A stretch of DNA of 61,627 nt from Deltaproteobacteria bacterium (GCA_052390235.1 JBQTHB010000009.1:1-61627); one strand, 5' to 3'. Counted from the first letter of the stretch, positions 48,723 through 58,418 are shown. Made by a program: numbers and translations. The notes: a model not told the origin generated them from the letters alone.

Positions 48723-48905
48723 TTATCGTGTCTGGCGGCTTTGGATGACCCCAATAGCGCCTATTGCTATCGACAATATGCCGACGATGAGTTTAAGCGC
48801 AGGGTTGGTAACGATTGGGACGATTCCATCCGGTGTAATCATCAATCCGCCGATGATAACTACAAAAGCCCAAGCCAAAGTAAGCGACTGAAAAATTGAT
48901 TTCAT
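48723..48905 (-). CDS. Small two-TM hypothetical protein
   Basis: RBS GAGGTG; AWAFVVIIGGLMITPDG...IVGILSIAIG. Confidence 0.7.
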   Translation of the reverse strand: MKSIFQSLTLAWAFVVIIGGLMITPDGIVPIVTNPALKLIVGILSIAIGAIGVIQSRQTR

Positions 48906-48936
48906 CTGACACCTCTCTTTTATCAAGAATTGTTTG

Positions 48937-48968
48937 AAAAGTCAAGCCGCCTGTTATAACGGCTTGAC
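48937..48968 (-). terminator. Rho-independent terminator after the V8-like protease
   Basis: GTCAAGCCG/CGGCTTGAC 9-bp stem followed by TTTT on the minus strand. Confidence 0.6.
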
Positions 48969-49009
48969 CGGCCCATTATATAAAAATTATCGCGCCCCGC
49001 TGTATCGCT

Positions 49010-50146
49010 CTACCAATTAGCCCGTCCCCACTTGATGAGGGATGACAGCGCTCCTCCCCCCGCGGCGACGTTCTGCTTCGGCTCTCCAAAATTGTCCTCG
49101 CCGCCCGAATGAGTACCGATAACATAGGGACTGCCGCTCCACCAGCCGAATACAGGCCCACCGGAGTCCCCGCCGGAGGAATCCGCTTTATATTCGAGTT
49201 CCACTCCAGCGCCGTCGTTATCGTCATCGGTTATGGGGAACCAGCTTACGTGGTTCGGTCTCTGCCCGCCTGCGACGGCGAGCGCATATCCGCATCTTGT
49301 CCAATAATTGCCGTCTTCCCAGTCGTCGTTATAGGTCTTATAGCCGAAGTAACCCAGCGAGTTTCCAAGCGGCGTGTAGAGCTTTAATATCGCCATATCG
49401 TCGCCCTGCCCGTGGTTTTTATAGCCCCTGTAGGTTTGAACATAGGACGAAACCCCGTTTAGCGATACTCCGTCGTAGGAAGCCGGCACAAACTGCATCA
49501 TCCACGGCGATGACCCCCAAGGGCAAACGTGGCTTGCCGTGAGGACGACATTTCCCCCGACCAACGCCCCGGAGCCAGTCCACGCAGGCGAGCCGCTTGG
49601 ATTCGTCCATACGAATATCCGCCCGATGCACCTCCACGGGTAGCCGCTTGGGTAATAGACTTGCCTATCGTCCGCGCCAAAGACTATCTCCGGCGATACC
49701 CTCTGCCCGTTGCGTCTCCTAAACGTGCGTACACAAGGGGCGGCGCTGATTTTCGGATGATAGGTAATCCCGCTCCATTTCGGGAGCATAGGCTCGAATG
49801 TCTCGCGCTCGGATGTTTTCTCTCGAATCCGCTCGACGGCTTCCGCGCCCTCGCCGACCTGTCCTAGGACAAACTCCCTACCGAGATTTATCTGCCAGAA
49901 ATCCGACATACCGGCCCTCGCAAGCTCGATTTCGGGCTTCTCGTAGCTATTTGCCGCGAGGTAATTGTTGCTGCAGTTTTTAACTGCGCTGATGTAAACC
50001 GAGGCATAGTTTCGGAGCGCAACGAGTTCCTCCGGCTCTCTAGAGTCCGCTCTGTTGTCGAGGGCTATGAGGTCGTCAACCCTCATGGGGGAATCAGCCC
50101 GCGCCTTCGTCTCTTTATCTTCGCTTTCATTGCAATTGTCTGTCAT
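49010..50146 (-). CDS. Trypsin-like (V8/glutamyl endopeptidase-like) serine protease
   Basis: YPWRCIGRI, LTASH, DMAIL and GDSGGP triad motifs; no obvious signal peptide. Confidence 0.9.
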   Translation of the reverse strand: MTDNCNESEDKETKARADSPMRVDDLIALDNRADSREPEELVALRNYASVYISAVKNCSNNYLAANSYEKPEIELARAGMSDFWQINLGREFVLGQVGEGAEAVERIREKTSERETFEPMLPKWSGITYHPKISAAPCVRTFRRRNGQRVSPEIVFGADDRQVYYPSGYPWRCIGRIFVWTNPSGSPAWTGSGALVGGNVVLTASHVCPWGSSPWMMQFVPASYDGVSLNGVSSYVQTYRGYKNHGQGDDMAILKLYTPLGNSLGYFGYKTYNDDWEDGNYWTRCGYALAVAGGQRPNHVSWFPITDDDNDGAGVELEYKADSSGGDSGGPVFGWWSGSPYVIGTHSGGEDNFGEPKQNVAAGGGALSSLIKWGRANW

Positions 50147-50187
50147 GGATGTAGTACCTCCGCTGTGATTTTCTAATCTCTACATGC

Positions 50188-50202
50188 TCAAGAGGTGTGC
50201 CA
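50188..50202 (-). promoter_or_regulatory. Sigma54-type -24/-12 promoter (variant) of the V8-like protease
   Basis: TGGCAC-acctc-TTGA; upstream palindromes GGTAAAATTACC (50279-50290) and GGTATTTTTACC (50302-50313) as candidate enhancer sites. Confidence 0.55.
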
Positions 50203-50564
50203 AGAGAGCGTGGGAGCAATAAATATAATAATCTAGGGGAGATGCGAAAATCGGGCTTGCGAGGCGAGAGAATAATTTGGTAAAATTACCCCAGTCTCTC
50301 TGGTATTTTTACCCTAGCGAAGCTCGATAATGTGGCAAAAAACGAGCATCTTCTCTGCCGCCCCTACCACGGATAGCAAAATCCCAGCCGTCCGTATGGA
50401 TGCCCGCTGAAATTTATCCCCAGAGGAATCGAAAAGATTGGGGGAACAAAATCTGGGGGCGGCGTATCTAAGGGGTGTGAAACGCAGGCGCGCGCGGTGG
50501 GATATAATCAAAGCTTGGGATGGGGTAAATTGCATAGCCTGCGCAGATATAGTCGAGGAGCATA

Positions 50565-53363
50565 ATGAATAAGCCCAGTCTCGCCGCTGTGGGAATTACT
50601 GCATCCATCATCGCGGCTTTAACGATGCTTGCGCTACTTATGGGTTCATGCGCCGGGGTGAATCAGGCAAATCTCCGAATCGAAGACCCTGCGGCCGTCC
50701 GGCTCACGAAAGAAGGGGGCAGACTCTACAATAAAAAGCTATATGCCCAGGCCCTTGGGAAATTCTCCGAGGCTGAAGCCGCCGCCTCATCCGCCGCCGA
50801 CAAAGCCCGCATCGCCGAGATTCTCGCAAAAGCGGCCTACGCCCTATACGAGAGGAAACTCTACGACGATTCGCTTTCATACTACGCGCAGGCAGGCGAG
50901 ATTTACGAGCGATTGGGAGGCAACACCCCCGCCCTCGTGGAAACCCTCAGCTACACCGGGAAAATTCACTCGGACATAGGCAAATATAGAGAATCCATCG
51001 GCTATTTTCTCAAAGCCCTCGCCCTTCAGGAGGATATGGACGGCGGAGACGGGGTGTCTCGCGTACTCAATAACCTGGCGAATCTCCACTCCTATCTCGG
51101 CGAATACGGCGAGTCCATCCGGCTTCTGGAGCGCGCCCTTAAAATTGCCGAGGACGCCGGGGATTCGGCTGAAACCGCAAGCGCTTTGACGAATCTCGCC
51201 GTCATTCACTACCGCCAAAGAAACTACAGAATCGCCGTCGAATATCTGTCCGGCGCGCTGGATGCCGCCCGCAAATCCGGCGATAAAACCCTCGAAGCCA
51301 CGGCTCTGAGCGTAATGGGTATAGTCTCGCGCTTCCAAGGCGATTATGACTCAGCTCTTGGGAGTTACAACGAAGCCCTGGAAATAAATAAAAAGGCGGC
51401 AGACGCCTCAAAAACCGCAACCACTCTGAGCATCATCGGCGAGCTTTACAGCGAACTTGGCCGGCACGAGGAAGCCATCGGCTACTTCGAGGGCGCTCTT
51501 TCCATTGCCAAATCCGAGAAAGACGCGCTCATGACGGCGGTGAATCTGAACTACATAGGGGAGGCTAAATTTGGACAAGGGAAGTTTGAGGAGGCTCTTG
51601 GGTTTTATGCAGAGTCTGCGGCAGAATTTGAGGCGCTCGGCTTCAGGGATAGAATCGCGAGGAGTTTCAATAACATAGCTTATGCCAAGGGGGCGATGGG
51701 GGAGTTTGATGAGGCGTTCATAAATTTCGATAAAGCCCTCGCAATATACAGAGATATTGGCGACAGGCAGTGGATTCGAGTCGCGCTCTTCGGCAAAGGT
51801 CTATACTATGAGAAGCGGGGGGACGCCGCCTTAGCCGAGGCTAACTATAAAGAGGCGGTGGAGGTGTTTGAATCCATCCGCCGCGACGTTTCAGGAGGGG
51901 ACGCCGCGGAGCAACTCATAAGCGATGTAAATATGAGGCTCTATGAAAAGCTCGTCTCGCTTCTCATAATGCAGGGAAAGTTGGAAGAGGCGCTCGATTA
52001 TGTTCGCAGGAGCAGGTCAAAAGCCCTACGGGACAACCTCCTGCAGGGCAAGCCAGATACGATTCGCGGCGGCAGTATGCGGCGCTATGACTCGCTGTCT
52101 AAAACCGAGGCGGCAATTACCTCTGAGCTATCGAAAGAGAGGGGGAATCGCGCTGGAAACCGCCACAGAATTGACAACCTCTCGATTGCCCTCACTGACA
52201 CACAGCGCGAAATTGCAGAGGTAACCTCGAAGCTCCAAAAAGAGAATCCGAGACTTTTCAGCGCGATGCTCTCCACGAAAACCCCGAGCAGAGGCGGAAA
52301 AAGCCGCGCCTCTCCCACAGATTTTGCCCTGATTCAGTATTTCGTAGCCGAAGAGCAGACCTTCATTTTTACCGTCGGCGAAGGGGGTGAGGTAAAGGTC
52401 AGAACCGCCGCTGTCAGCAAACAATATCTCAATCGCGCCGTATACGAATTCAGACAGCTGATTTACGAAAGCTCCACTCTTGGGGCTGAGAGACTCAATT
52501 TAAGCGCGAGGGATGCGGCGGAGAGAAAAACCCTCCTCGATGCCCTCTCGACGGGTCTCTACGACAGTCTCATAAAACCCGTTGCCGCGGACATCCAAAA
52601 CACCGCCACTGTCGGAATCGTCCCATTCGGAATATTGAACTACCTGCCGTTTCAAGCCCTAGCCGAGAGCAAACCGGGAGGGGGCAGGAAATTTTTCATT
52701 GAGCAGAAGAAAATAATCTATATCACTACCGGCTCCGGAGAAGTCTCCCAACGAGCAACCCTCCAAAACGCCGTAGCTTTCGGCAACCCCGACGTGGGCA
52801 GTACGCATCTCGCCCTTCCTTACTCAGAAAAAGAGGTAGCCGCTGTAAAATCCGCGTTTCCGGGCGCAATTATCTATTTGAAATCCCAGGCGACAAAAGA
52901 GCATTTCACCAAAAGCTGGGGTAAATTCTCCCTCGTTCACCTCTCGGCTCACGGGGTACTGAACGACGAGGGGCAATTTATCCTCCTCGCGCCCAATCTC
53001 GAAAGCAGACTCTCGGCGACGGATATAACCGCCCTGCCGCCGTCGGACGAGGTCGCCCTTGTGGTGCTTTCGGCTTGCAGCACTGCGATAGACCCGTTTC
53101 AGGAGAACCCCTCTGGCGCCGCCCTTGCCACTCTCGCATACGCCTTTGAGCTGGTGGATGTCCCCTCGGTTGTAGCCACGCTCTGGGATATAAGCGACAG
53201 AGGCACGGCGGATTTAATGGGCGAATTTTATGAGAATCTCAAGCAGGGCGGCGATTTTGACTCCGCATTCCGCGAGGCTCAGATTAATATGATAAGGCGC
53301 GGGGGATTGCTGTCGCACCCCTATTACTGGGCGGCTTTCGTTATCTTCGAGAATCCGCGCTGA
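50565..53363 (+). CDS. TPR + CHAT (caspase-like) domain lipoprotein
   Basis: Signal/lipobox LMGS-C, about 10 TPRs, LPFQAL, catalytic VHLSAHG and LSAC, LWDISD, HPYYWAAF. Confidence 0.93.
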   Translation: MNKPSLAAVGITASIIAALTMLALLMGSCAGVNQANLRIEDPAAVRLTKEGGRLYNKKLYAQALGKFSEAEAAASSAADKARIAEILAKAAYALYERKLYDDSLSYYAQAGEIYERLGGNTPALVETLSYTGKIHSDIGKYRESIGYFLKALALQEDMDGGDGVSRVLNNLANLHSYLGEYGESIRLLERALKIAEDAGDSAETASALTNLAVIHYRQRNYRIAVEYLSGALDAARKSGDKTLEATALSVMGIVSRFQGDYDSALGSYNEALEINKKAADASKTATTLSIIGELYSELGRHEEAIGYFEGALSIAKSEKDALMTAVNLNYIGEAKFGQGKFEEALGFYAESAAEFEALGFRDRIARSFNNIAYAKGAMGEFDEAFINFDKALAIYRDIGDRQWIRVALFGKGLYYEKRGDAALAEANYKEAVEVFESIRRDVSGGDAAEQLISDVNMRLYEKLVSLLIMQGKLEEALDYVRRSRSKALRDNLLQGKPDTIRGGSMRRYDSLSKTEAAITSELSKERGNRAGNRHRIDNLSIALTDTQREIAEVTSKLQKENPRLFSAMLSTKTPSRGGKSRASPTDFALIQYFVAEEQTFIFTVGEGGEVKVRTAAVSKQYLNRAVYEFRQLIYESSTLGAERLNLSARDAAERKTLLDALSTGLYDSLIKPVAADIQNTATVGIVPFGILNYLPFQALAESKPGGGRKFFIEQKKIIYITTGSGEVSQRATLQNAVAFGNPDVGSTHLALPYSEKEVAAVKSAFPGAIIYLKSQATKEHFTKSWGKFSLVHLSAHGVLNDEGQFILLAPNLESRLSATDITALPPSDEVALVVLSACSTAIDPFQENPSGAALATLAYAFELVDVPSVVATLWDISDRGTADLMGEFYENLKQGGDFDSAFREAQINMIRRGGLLSHPYYWAAFVIFENPR

Positions 53364-53444
53364 CCACCCCCAAAAAAAACGATTTAGCGCCGATATAATC
53401 CCCTCCCCCACGGTCTTTTGCGTTATGTGGAATCTTAAATTACG

Positions 53445-53473
53445 GGAACAAATCGTGTAGATTCAATATCTAA
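53445..53473 (+). promoter_or_regulatory. ECF (RpoE-like) promoter of the sigma gene, probably leaderless
   Basis: GGAACA-17 nt-ATCTAA ending 4 nt before the ATG; no RBS. Confidence 0.6.
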
Positions 53474-53477
53474 TTCC

Positions 53478-54080
53478 ATGAGCGCCGAAAATTATACGAT
53501 TCAAGACGACGATAATCTGATTAAGCGTTCCCAGCAGGGGGATTTAAAGGCTTTCGAGTGGCTGGTCAGAGAATATGAGAAGAAGATGCTCAATATAGCA
53601 TTCAGGCTTATGGGAAATTATGAAGAGGCTTGCGACGTGGTGCAGGAGGCGTTTGTGCTAGCGTATAGAAATATTAAGGGCTTTCGCGGCGTGTCGAAAT
53701 TCTCTACCTGGCTTTCGGCTATTGTCGTAAACAGTTCTAAAAAACGCCTGGTTCAGATAAAGACCAAACGCTACTACGAGTCTATATCGGTTGACGAGCC
53801 TACGCCATCGGGCAGAGCGCGGGAGTATGGGGACGAAAAGCCCTCCGCCGCCGAGATAATAGAGAAAAGAGAGGTTATGGAGCGCATAGAGGGCTGTCTC
53901 CGCAGGCTCGATGCTGAATTCCGGGAGGTCGTAGTTCTCAGAGACGTCGAGGGAGAGAGGTATGAGGAGATAAGCGAGATGCTCAAACTCCCCGAAGGCA
54001 CAGTGAAATCGAGGCTTTTTCGGGCGAGGGCAATTCTTAAGAACTGCTTAAAACGCTATGTTGTGGGGGGCATTATCTGA
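53478..54080 (+). CDS. ECF sigma-70 factor (RpoE/SigW-like)
   Basis: GDLKAFEWLV, DVVQEAF, SKFSTWL and YEEISEMLKLPEGTVKSRLFRAR motifs. Confidence 0.95.
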   Translation: MSAENYTIQDDDNLIKRSQQGDLKAFEWLVREYEKKMLNIAFRLMGNYEEACDVVQEAFVLAYRNIKGFRGVSKFSTWLSAIVVNSSKKRLVQIKTKRYYESISVDEPTPSGRAREYGDEKPSAAEIIEKREVMERIEGCLRRLDAEFREVVVLRDVEGERYEEISEMLKLPEGTVKSRLFRARAILKNCLKRYVVGGII

Positions 54081-54772
54081 TGAAAAACATACTCGACAGG
54101 GACGAAATCCTAGCCGCTTACGCCGAGGGGAATTTACCTGAAAGCGAAAAATCCGCCGTCGAAGCCCATCTTCGGGAATCCGAGGCGATGAGACGGAGCC
54201 TTGCCGAAATCAAAGAAACCGAGATGCTACTCAAACGCCTGCCGCAGGTTGAAACCCCGGCGGGATTTACCGAGAGCGTTATGCGCCGCATCAAGAGCGA
54301 GGCCGCAGTGGACAGCCCTCCCGGCATTTGGGAGCGTCTGTTCCCGGCAATTCGGCTTCGGTTTGCCGCTCAAGCGCTCGCCGCTCTCACAATAGTCGTA
54401 TCCGTAGCCGTTTATCAGGCGTATAAACCCGCGCCGGACGGGATTCGCTCGGCTGGGGAAGAAGCGGCGCTTAGCTCAGGGAAAGGGGCCGGAGAGCGTT
54501 GGGGAGACGTGGAAATCACCCTCGCCGCCTCGGATATTGAACGAGCCGAGGGGTTAGCGCAGGAAATAGTAATGGATTTGGGCGGGGTTGTGATAAACAA
54601 ACAGCTCGGCGAAAGTCAATACGCGCTGTTTGTGGTAATTGACGCTGAGCGATATGAGAAATTGCGCGAGAGCCTGCGGGCTATAGGCACATTGGAGCTT
54701 AGCGGGGACATTGCCGAGGGCGGGGGCAATGTCAGGGCGAAAATTCGGATAATACAGTATTTGGCGAATTAA
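54080..54772 (+). CDS. Transmembrane anti-sigma factor (degenerate zf-HC2)
   Basis: Coupled to the sigma gene (TGATG); LAAYAEGNL..EKSAVEAHLRES (Cys ligands lost), one TM helix, periplasmic C-domain. Confidence 0.85.
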   Translation: MKNILDRDEILAAYAEGNLPESEKSAVEAHLRESEAMRRSLAEIKETEMLLKRLPQVETPAGFTESVMRRIKSEAAVDSPPGIWERLFPAIRLRFAAQALAALTIVVSVAVYQAYKPAPDGIRSAGEEAALSSGKGAGERWGDVEITLAASDIERAEGLAQEIVMDLGGVVINKQLGESQYALFVVIDAERYEKLRESLRAIGTLELSGDIAEGGGNVRAKIRIIQYLAN

Positions 54773-54870
54773 GCCCCGCCAACCGCCGCCGCGCGTAAAT
54801 TTATGTTTACTGCGCCGATTGAAGTTGCTAGACTACCGTCATAAATCCAACCTGACGGGAGATAATAATC

Positions 54871-55313
54871 ATGCCAAGCGCTATCAGCCTTCATCGCGTG
54901 CTTCGCGCCGCCCCTGAGAAAATATACAGAGCGTTTCTCGACCCGGACGCGATGGCAAAGTGGTATCCGCCAAACGGATTTACTGGCAGGGTTCATCACA
55001 TAGAGCGAAAGTAGGCGGGACGTATAGAATGTCTTTTGCCAATTTCACCACCGGCAAGAGCCACTCATTCGGCGGCAGTATTATCGAGCTTGTCCCAAAC
55101 GAGCGCATCAGCTACAGCGATAAATTCGACGACCCAATCCTGGCAGGCGATATACGCACGACCGTAACGCTCAAAAAAGTAGTCGCCGGCACAGAGGTCA
55201 ATATCGCGCAGGACGGACTTCCAGACAGCATCCCGCCAGACGGCTGCTACCTCGGCTGGCAGGAATCGCTTGAGCTTCTCGCAAGGCTCGTCGAATCCGA
55301 CATACCGGACTAG
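54871..55313 (+). pseudogene. SRPBCC/AHSA1 family gene with a frameshift near 55003
   Basis: MPSAISLHRVLRAAPEKIYRAFLDPDAMAKWYPPNGFTGRVHH stops early; AKVGGTYRMSF...CYLGWQESL continues in another frame. Confidence 0.85.
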
Positions 55314-55459
55314 AGCCCCCTCAGCTATTTATGCCCATCTGACCCCTACGCCTCGATTTGGAATTGGGAATTTGGATTCGGCTTGCATCCCAAAACTGCC
55401 CTCGATGCGAGAATTGAAACCCCCTAGTTTTTAGAATTTTTATCATACTAAAAATCACG

Positions 55460-55488
55460 GGAACTTTTTTAACTCTCGCCGGGTCTAA
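55460..55488 (+). promoter_or_regulatory. ECF (RpoE-like) promoter of the sigma54 activator
   Basis: GGAACTT-16 nt-GTCTAA; shares CGGGAAC-N19-TCTAATT with the site at 53443-53475. Confidence 0.65.
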
Positions 55489-55522
55489 TTAATCGAACGG
55501 AGCTTACGGGAGGGACAGGCAG

Positions 55523-56602
55523 ATGGAAGCTATCAGAGACATATCACCCAGCACAGAGGAGTACTTCACATTCAGGCGCGCCGGATTCAGCGGCAACCAC
55601 GCCGCCGGTAAAAATGGTATGGATCATAGCATCATCACCCAAAACCCCCAGATGCTCGATATTCTCTCGTTCATAGCCGAAAACCCCGAAATAGATTCCA
55701 CCACTCTCATCACAGGCGAAACCGGCACGGGCAAAGAACTCATAGCCTCGGCGATTCACTCGGCAAGCGGCAGAAATAAAAAGCCTCTCGTCGTGATTAA
55801 CTGCGCCGCCATCCCCGATGAGCTGTTTGAGAGCGAGCTATTTGGACACAAAAGAGGGGCTTTTACCGGAGCAATCGGAGATAGAAAAGGATTTTTTCAG
55901 ATGGCCGATGGCGGAACCATACTCCTCGACGAGGTAGCAGAGATGCCGGTGAGGCTTCAGGCGAAACTCCTCAGGGTTATCGAGGAGGGAGAGATTACCC
56001 CTCTGGGCTCAGATAGTAGCGTTAAAATAGACGTGAGAATCCTCGCGGCAACCAACAGGGATTTACCCCTCGAAATACAAAAGGGGCGCTTTAGAGAAGA
56101 CCTCTACTACAGGCTCAATGTGATTCCCATAGCCCTGCCCCCGCTCAGAAATCGAAGGGAGGACATTCCGCTTCTGGCGGGCTATTTCCTCACAAAATAC
56201 TCGGCTAGGTTTGGAAAAGCTGTGAAAATTATATCCAGAGAAGCAATGAACACGCTCGTAAATCACCATTGGCAGGGCAACATCAGAGAGCTTAGAAACG
56301 TGATTGAAAGAGCCGTGGCGCTGGAGAGAGGAGATGTAATTGCGGACTTCGCCCTCCCCCCCTGCGGCGACGTCGGGGAAAACGAGCCGGAGCCTCTGGC
56401 AGGGGTGTTTGAGATGCCGATAAGCTTCAGGGAAATCAAGAATAAAACCATTGAATCCCTTGAGAAAGATTATCTAAGGAGCGTCCTCAGGGAGTATGAA
56501 GGGAAAATCACCGAGGCGGCGCGGCACGCCGATATGAACATAAAAAACTTCACCGATAAGATGAAAAAATACGGAATTAAAAAAGAGGCATTCATAAAAT
56601 AA
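55523..56602 (+). CDS. Sigma54-dependent activator lacking an N-terminal sensory domain
   Basis: [31 protein letters not shown]-terminal HTH; only about 35 aa precede the AAA+ domain; RBS GGGAGG. Confidence 0.92.
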   Translation: MEAIRDISPSTEEYFTFRRAGFSGNHAAGKNGMDHSIITQNPQMLDILSFIAENPEIDSTTLITGETGTGKELIASAIHSASGRNKKPLVVINCAAIPDELFESELFGHKRGAFTGAIGDRKGFFQMADGGTILLDEVAEMPVRLQAKLLRVIEEGEITPLGSDSSVKIDVRILAATNRDLPLEIQKGRFREDLYYRLNVIPIALPPLRNRREDIPLLAGYFLTKYSARFGKAVKIISREAMNTLVNHHWQGNIRELRNVIERAVALERGDVIADFALPPCGDVGENEPEPLAGVFEMPISFREIKNKTIESLEKDYLRSVLREYEGKITEAARHADMNIKNFTDKMKKYGIKKEAFIK

Positions 56603-56635
56603 GTAGCCGATGGCTTATATCCATATCCTCGATAG

Positions 56636-56681
56636 GCCGGCGCCAGCTTACACCCAACACAGCGGCGCCGGTTCTTTTTTT
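56636..56681 (+). terminator. Rho-independent terminator
   Basis: GCCGGCGCC/GGCGCCGGT stem followed by TCTTTTTTT. Confidence 0.65.
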
Positions 56682-56818
56682 GATGCGGCATGATGGGACA
56701 AATCTCGCAATAATATTGACGGATTTTGTCATTGAAGGGTCGCATAATTCAGACTCAAGATGGCGACAATATTCGTATCCTACGCAGATAATTGAATTAT
56801 TTATGGAGTCCGTCTTCT

Positions 56819-56834
56819 TGGCACAAAATTTGCT
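56819..56834 (+). promoter_or_regulatory. Sigma54 -24/-12 promoter
   Basis: TGGCAC-AAAAT-TTGCT, exact consensus; upstream palindrome TGACGGATTTTGTCA near 56717-56731. Confidence 0.8.
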
Positions 56835-56894
56835 GGTATATAACCCGAAGCCTTTCGGAGCGACAGGCAAATTTCCCCCAGGAGGACACGCAGC

Positions 56895-57146
56895 TTGCAT
56901 TATCGAAAACACACATCCGATGCCTCGGATTCTCTAGGCGACCTAAACAGCTACCTACGGCCTCACAGCGCAGGTTATTTATCGGCTTATTTTCAGTACC
57001 TAGGCAGAAAAGAAGCAGTTGTTCAAGGAATGGCTTCCGGCAAATACTACCGCTTTGCCCAAACCGGCGCGGTCGTTGAGGTAGATTTAATAGATAAACC
57101 CTATTTGGCAAATATGCCTAATTTGAAGGAATTAAAAAACCCTTAG
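56895..57146 (+). CDS. Small hypothetical protein (83 aa)
   Basis: RBS AGGAGG before TTG; downstream of a consensus sigma54 promoter; YFQYLG...G..SGKYYRF...GAVVEVD..D...L..MPNL. Confidence 0.7.
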   Translation: MHYRKHTSDASDSLGDLNSYLRPHSAGYLSAYFQYLGRKEAVVQGMASGKYYRFAQTGAVVEVDLIDKPYLANMPNLKELKNP

Positions 57147-57170
57147 GTTTCCCCGCAGATATTTTCACAA

Positions 57171-58418
57171 TTAACGCCTGTCGCTCCGCAATGCTTCATC
57201 CATCGTCTCAGCATATCTCAGAACGCTCACCCCTCTCGCCCCTCCGAGCATAATCACCCCGGGACGCGGAAATATAAATGAACTCCCCTGAGCAATATTA
57301 TAAGCGCCGACATTTCTGACCAAGAGCCTAGAGCCTGCCCTCAGCCTAGGCAACCTCGCTCGTGAGACTATATCCGTCTGAAGGCACAGAGGCCCATAGA
57401 CCGTGGTTTGCTGTAAATCCCCCGCCGCCATATCCCCCGCAGTCTCAATTTCCTGCCACTTCCAAAACGAGGTAGGCAGCAGATTCACCCCCGCATCAAT
57501 CACCACCGCTCCCCCTTTAACCGCTACAACAGTCGAAATAAGCACTGCGGCGTCCCTCACAATCGCCCTTCCCGGCTCAAGGATGAGCGTCGGCATCTCC
57601 CCCTTGAAATTGGATGTTATCGGATTTACGACCGCATCCACATACGGAGCGAGAGAGTCAACCGAGGGGAAGCCGCCTCCCATGTCCAGATATTTAACCC
57701 GCATATCGAATTTTCTCTCGATTTCCGAGGCGAGACGGCAGATTTTCTCCGACGCCGTACGGTACATCTGCGCGCTTTTAGGATAAATTAGCCTCACCCC
57801 CGCCGCAGGGGGCAGATTTGAGTGCTCCCCCCCCGTGTCAGGCTCGATAACATAGCTCGTGAGGTGGAAGTGCAGGGCGCAGATTCTGAGCAGTTTCACT
57901 GACGCGCACCGCTCGGCAATTGCCATCGCTTCGCCGGATTCGAGATTGAAGCCGAATCTATCCGAAGCCTGATGGATTCCCGCATCCAGATTTATTCTGA
58001 TTCCGACCTCGATTGCGCGCCCTGATTCAGCGGCTAGCCCTTCTAATAGCCCCAGCTCGTCGGCGTGGTCAATATTGATGAGCGCGCCCTCCGAAATTGC
58101 CCTTGAAAGCTCGCCGCAGGTTTTATAGGGTCCGTTGAAAACAATTGACTCCCCCGGAACGCCGAGCCTCCTCGCGATGCCGTATTCAAACCCTGAGCAG
58201 GCGTCCGCCCAAAGCCCCTCGTCGTGAATTATCCGCAAGATTCCCGGCAGAGGGTTGGTCTTATAGGAATAGGCGACTTGCAACTTGGGATACTGAGCCT
58301 CGAAAGCCTCTCGAAACCCTCTGGCGTTGCCCCTTATTTCATCCTCGCAGAAGACAAAAAGAGGCGAGCCGTATATTGCCGCGAGCTTTTCTATGAGAGC
58401 CGAATCAATGTCGAGCAT
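57171..58418 (-). CDS. Fold-type III PLP decarboxylase (diaminopimelate decarboxylase-like)
   Basis: YSYKTN, HFH, DMGGG, EPGR, GPLC and GAY motifs. Confidence 0.88.
   Translation of the reverse strand: MLDIDSALIEKLAAIYGSPLFVFCEDEIRGNARGFREAFEAQYPKLQVAYSYKTNPLPGILRIIHDEGLWADACSGFEYGIARRLGVPGESIVFNGPYKTCGELSRAISEGALINIDHADELGLLEGLAAESGRAIEVGIRINLDAGIHQASDRFGFNLESGEAMAIAERCASVKLLRICALHFHLTSYVIEPDTGGEHSNLPPAAGVRLIYPKSAQMYRTASEKICRLASEIERKFDMRVKYLDMGGGFPSVDSLAPYVDAVVNPITSNFKGEMPTLILEPGRAIVRDAAVLISTVVAVKGGAVVIDAGVNLLPTSFWKWQEIETAGDMAAGDLQQTTVYGPLCLQTDIVSRARLPRLRAGSRLLVRNVGAYNIAQGSSFIFPRPGVIMLGGARGVSVLRYAETMDEALRSDRR

Noticed and set aside
48328..48968. Integron cassettes (DUF805 and the small membrane gene)
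   Set aside because: No convincing attC RYYYAAC/GTTRRRY pairs and no integron integrase.
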